A stretch of 64,000 nucleotides of DNA from contig NW_027590191.1 of the NCBI RefSeq assembly GCF_964213995.1, forward strand, positions 248,001-312,000, written 5' to 3'. Made by a program: the position numbers and the translations under genes. The stretch is from Mustelus asterias (taxonomy: Eukaryota). Under the pieces are notes generated by a model that made no database searches, was not told the origin of the DNA, and worked only from the letters and a program-made list of their open reading frames with translations. Positions 61,662-64,000 of the stretch are shown piece by piece. How positions within the stretch are numbered: position 1 is the first letter of the stretch; every line of letters begins with the position of its first letter.

Positions 61662-63719
61662 ACATTGCAACGCATCGCGATCATGCTATTTAATGATAAT
61701 GTTACCGAAATTCATTAAACGCAATGGACCTTGGAAAGGCCATCAGGAGGAAGGAGCCTGCTCCTTCTCTGATTCAGGTAAGTCTGAACTGCGAAACAAA
61801 CAGAAATCATCTCACGTCAGAGACACAATGAGCTGCAGTGAAGGGCCGGCATCATTTAAACTGTCCATCAGCTCGTCTCTTCCCAATTTCCTGCCAGAAA
61901 TGACAACGGAACCTCCTGTTGAATTTGCACAGAGTCTGCACTTAAGGATCATATTATGTTTTATATGTTCATCCAGGCAATAACTCACCTTTGTTTTCAG
62001 AGTTTGGATGGTGGCAATAAATCTTCAATTCCTGACCAGTAATCTAAACAGCAGCGAAAAAGTCAAACTCTAACCACCAGCTCACAGCGTGTTTTAGAAT
62101 TTAAATTATCCAGGCTGCTTTTGTTTTCACGCCAGACCAGTTTCGCCACAAACAGCTTTCTCCTGCAAAATGGCAACTTGTGGTTCAACACCAGTGATGT
62201 GCTCAGCCAATGATAACATACAACGGACACTCCACTGCATTTATCACTTTTGCTTCCGACTGTTCGGAACCGGACAGAAATATTTCCAAATGCTTTTCAA
62301 TGCAGGGTGAGGGAACAGTTTCATAATTCAGTGTCACTGTAAACAGTAAAATCTGACCCATTACCAGACAGATTTTACCTTGCAAAAACGTCTCAACCGT
62401 TCGTAGTTTGCTGCCTTACACTTTCCTTCTCTTTCTGTATTTATTCTTGAAGTGTTGCACATGTGAAATTTCCAGCTCTGATATAAACTTGCAAACCTCA
62501 CTCGGCTGATTCTAGTAGACCTGTATTCGATCGGAGAGTAAATCAGATCATTATTGATGGTTTGCTGAGAGCAAATAGTCTTATTTTCCTCAGCGGGAAT
62601 TGAAACAAGTTATCCCATGGGGAGTGTTGAACACAAACACTGAACTACCAGGGAAACTAGTGAACTGTGTTTTTTAAACTGACTTAACTTATGTCCCTTG
62701 CTTATTATTTCTATCTCAGATCTTTTTCACTTGTGACATGTTTCTCCTTCAAAATGTTCTGTTTGGATAGAACATAAATGCCTCCTTCAGCTGATGACAA
62801 CACGGATTGAATTCGTTGGGACATGGAACTGAGGGTGAGGTGAAATAATCCCACAAGCTGCTGAAGCTTAGAAGGATGAAGGAGAATCTGATCGAGATAT
62901 ATAAAACTCTAAATGGATTGATAGAGCAAAGGTAGACGAAACGTTTCTTCCTGTGGGGCAATGTCGAACAAAAGATCACGTCTATAGTTTGAGAGCCGGT
63001 ACATTGAACACTGAGATGAGGGGGAACTACTGCTCGCAGAGGGTGGTGAATTGGTGGAACTCGCTGCTCCATAGCGCGGTCGAATCTGAATCGTTCAATG
63101 ATTTCAAGAAAGGATAGATTTAGTTCTGGTAAAGAAAAATGCATTAAAGGATATGGAGAACAGGTGGAGAGGTGGATTTCAGATCAAGGAGAGGTCAACA
63201 ATGATCTGATTGAATGGTGGTGCAGGACCAAAGGGCTGAATTTGCCGACATCTGCTCCCAATTCCCATGTTCCTATGATTCGATGTGTAACGTTCAATTT
63301 TCAAGCCCACCAACCTCATCACTGCAGTTCTGTTGAAGTATATGTACAGTACGTCCTCTGCTTCCCCTACACCCACAACACATGTGAGTCGTGCAAGTAA
63401 CGTTGTAATCGTCTCATTCTGTGGTGTAATCATTCTGTCATTCTCTGTTTCCCTCATTTATTTTCTCCTGGCTTCCACGCTACCAGATGTTGTTATGATT
63501 CCTCCCTGCTCGATTTCACTTTTTAAAACTTCTTCTATTTCTAAACATTCCCAATGTTAATGAAAGGTCATGGAGGTGAAGGTTTAACTTTGTTTCCATC
63601 TGCACACACGCCGGTTAACTTCCTGAGTTTTTCCAACCTCAACACATTTCAGTGCAGATGTCGGATCCGCTTTTACATGGCAGTGAAAATACATTTGGTT
63701 GACATGTTATTTGAGAGAT

Positions 63720-63809
63720 GGCTTGATGGACTAGGGGTGTGGTTCTCGCTTCGGATGTTAAAATCCGCAAACGTGCGAGCGGTCCCGGGTTCAAATTGTG
63801 GGCAAGCCT
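63720..63809 (+). pseudogene. tRNA-Pro(CGG) pseudogene with 18-nt intron-like insert (63756-63773)
   Basis: CTCGC TT CGG A [TGTTAAAATCCGCAAACG] T GCGAG; T stem damaged. Confidence 0.8.
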
Positions 63810-64000
63810 TTGTTCCGAAATGGACAAGTAGCGGATTCTGTTTGTTTATTTCCCGTGATATGTTGGAATTGGTTCACATGGGGTAGGACTTGATAACCCG
63901 AGCACTGACTGCAAGGCTTCTGTTAGCACAGCACACTCACAGCGAATCTAGACATTTTCAAAAAGTGACAATTTTTGCGGACATTCACTTAATTCTTATT

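Larger units (their letters stand above)
59128..64000 (+). repeat. Segmental duplication copy B
   Basis: Colinear with 44565-50760 but lacking about 46140-46590 and about 47265-48165. Confidence 0.9.

Overview
Eukaryotic, repeat-rich window, almost certainly from a shark or other cartilaginous fish (CR1 LINEs, HE1-type SINEs, shark-like TCR V segments). It is a dense tRNA gene/pseudogene array with about 35 recognisable loci, only some structurally intact. The array is built from multi-kb direct and inverted segmental duplications, invaded by CR1 and Rex1/Babar LINEs, SINEs, Penelope-like palindromic elements with hammerhead-type motifs, and a hAT-type MITE carrying a piggyBac remnant. Two TCR alpha/delta-like V exons with 23-bp-spacer RSSs lie inside the array at 18.4-20.8 kb (minus strand). 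Most notable: (1) four tRNA-Pro loci with a homologous 18-20 nt insertion at the canonical 37/38 intron site that base-pairs with the anticodon loop; (2) a well-paired tRNA-Gln body with anticodon CTA (candidate amber suppressor) at 37928-37999; (3) the upstream V exon is broken by a single TAG. No intact cellular protein-coding gene was found; most short ORFs are repeat artefacts. All calls are by eye; boundaries of degenerate repeats are approximate.
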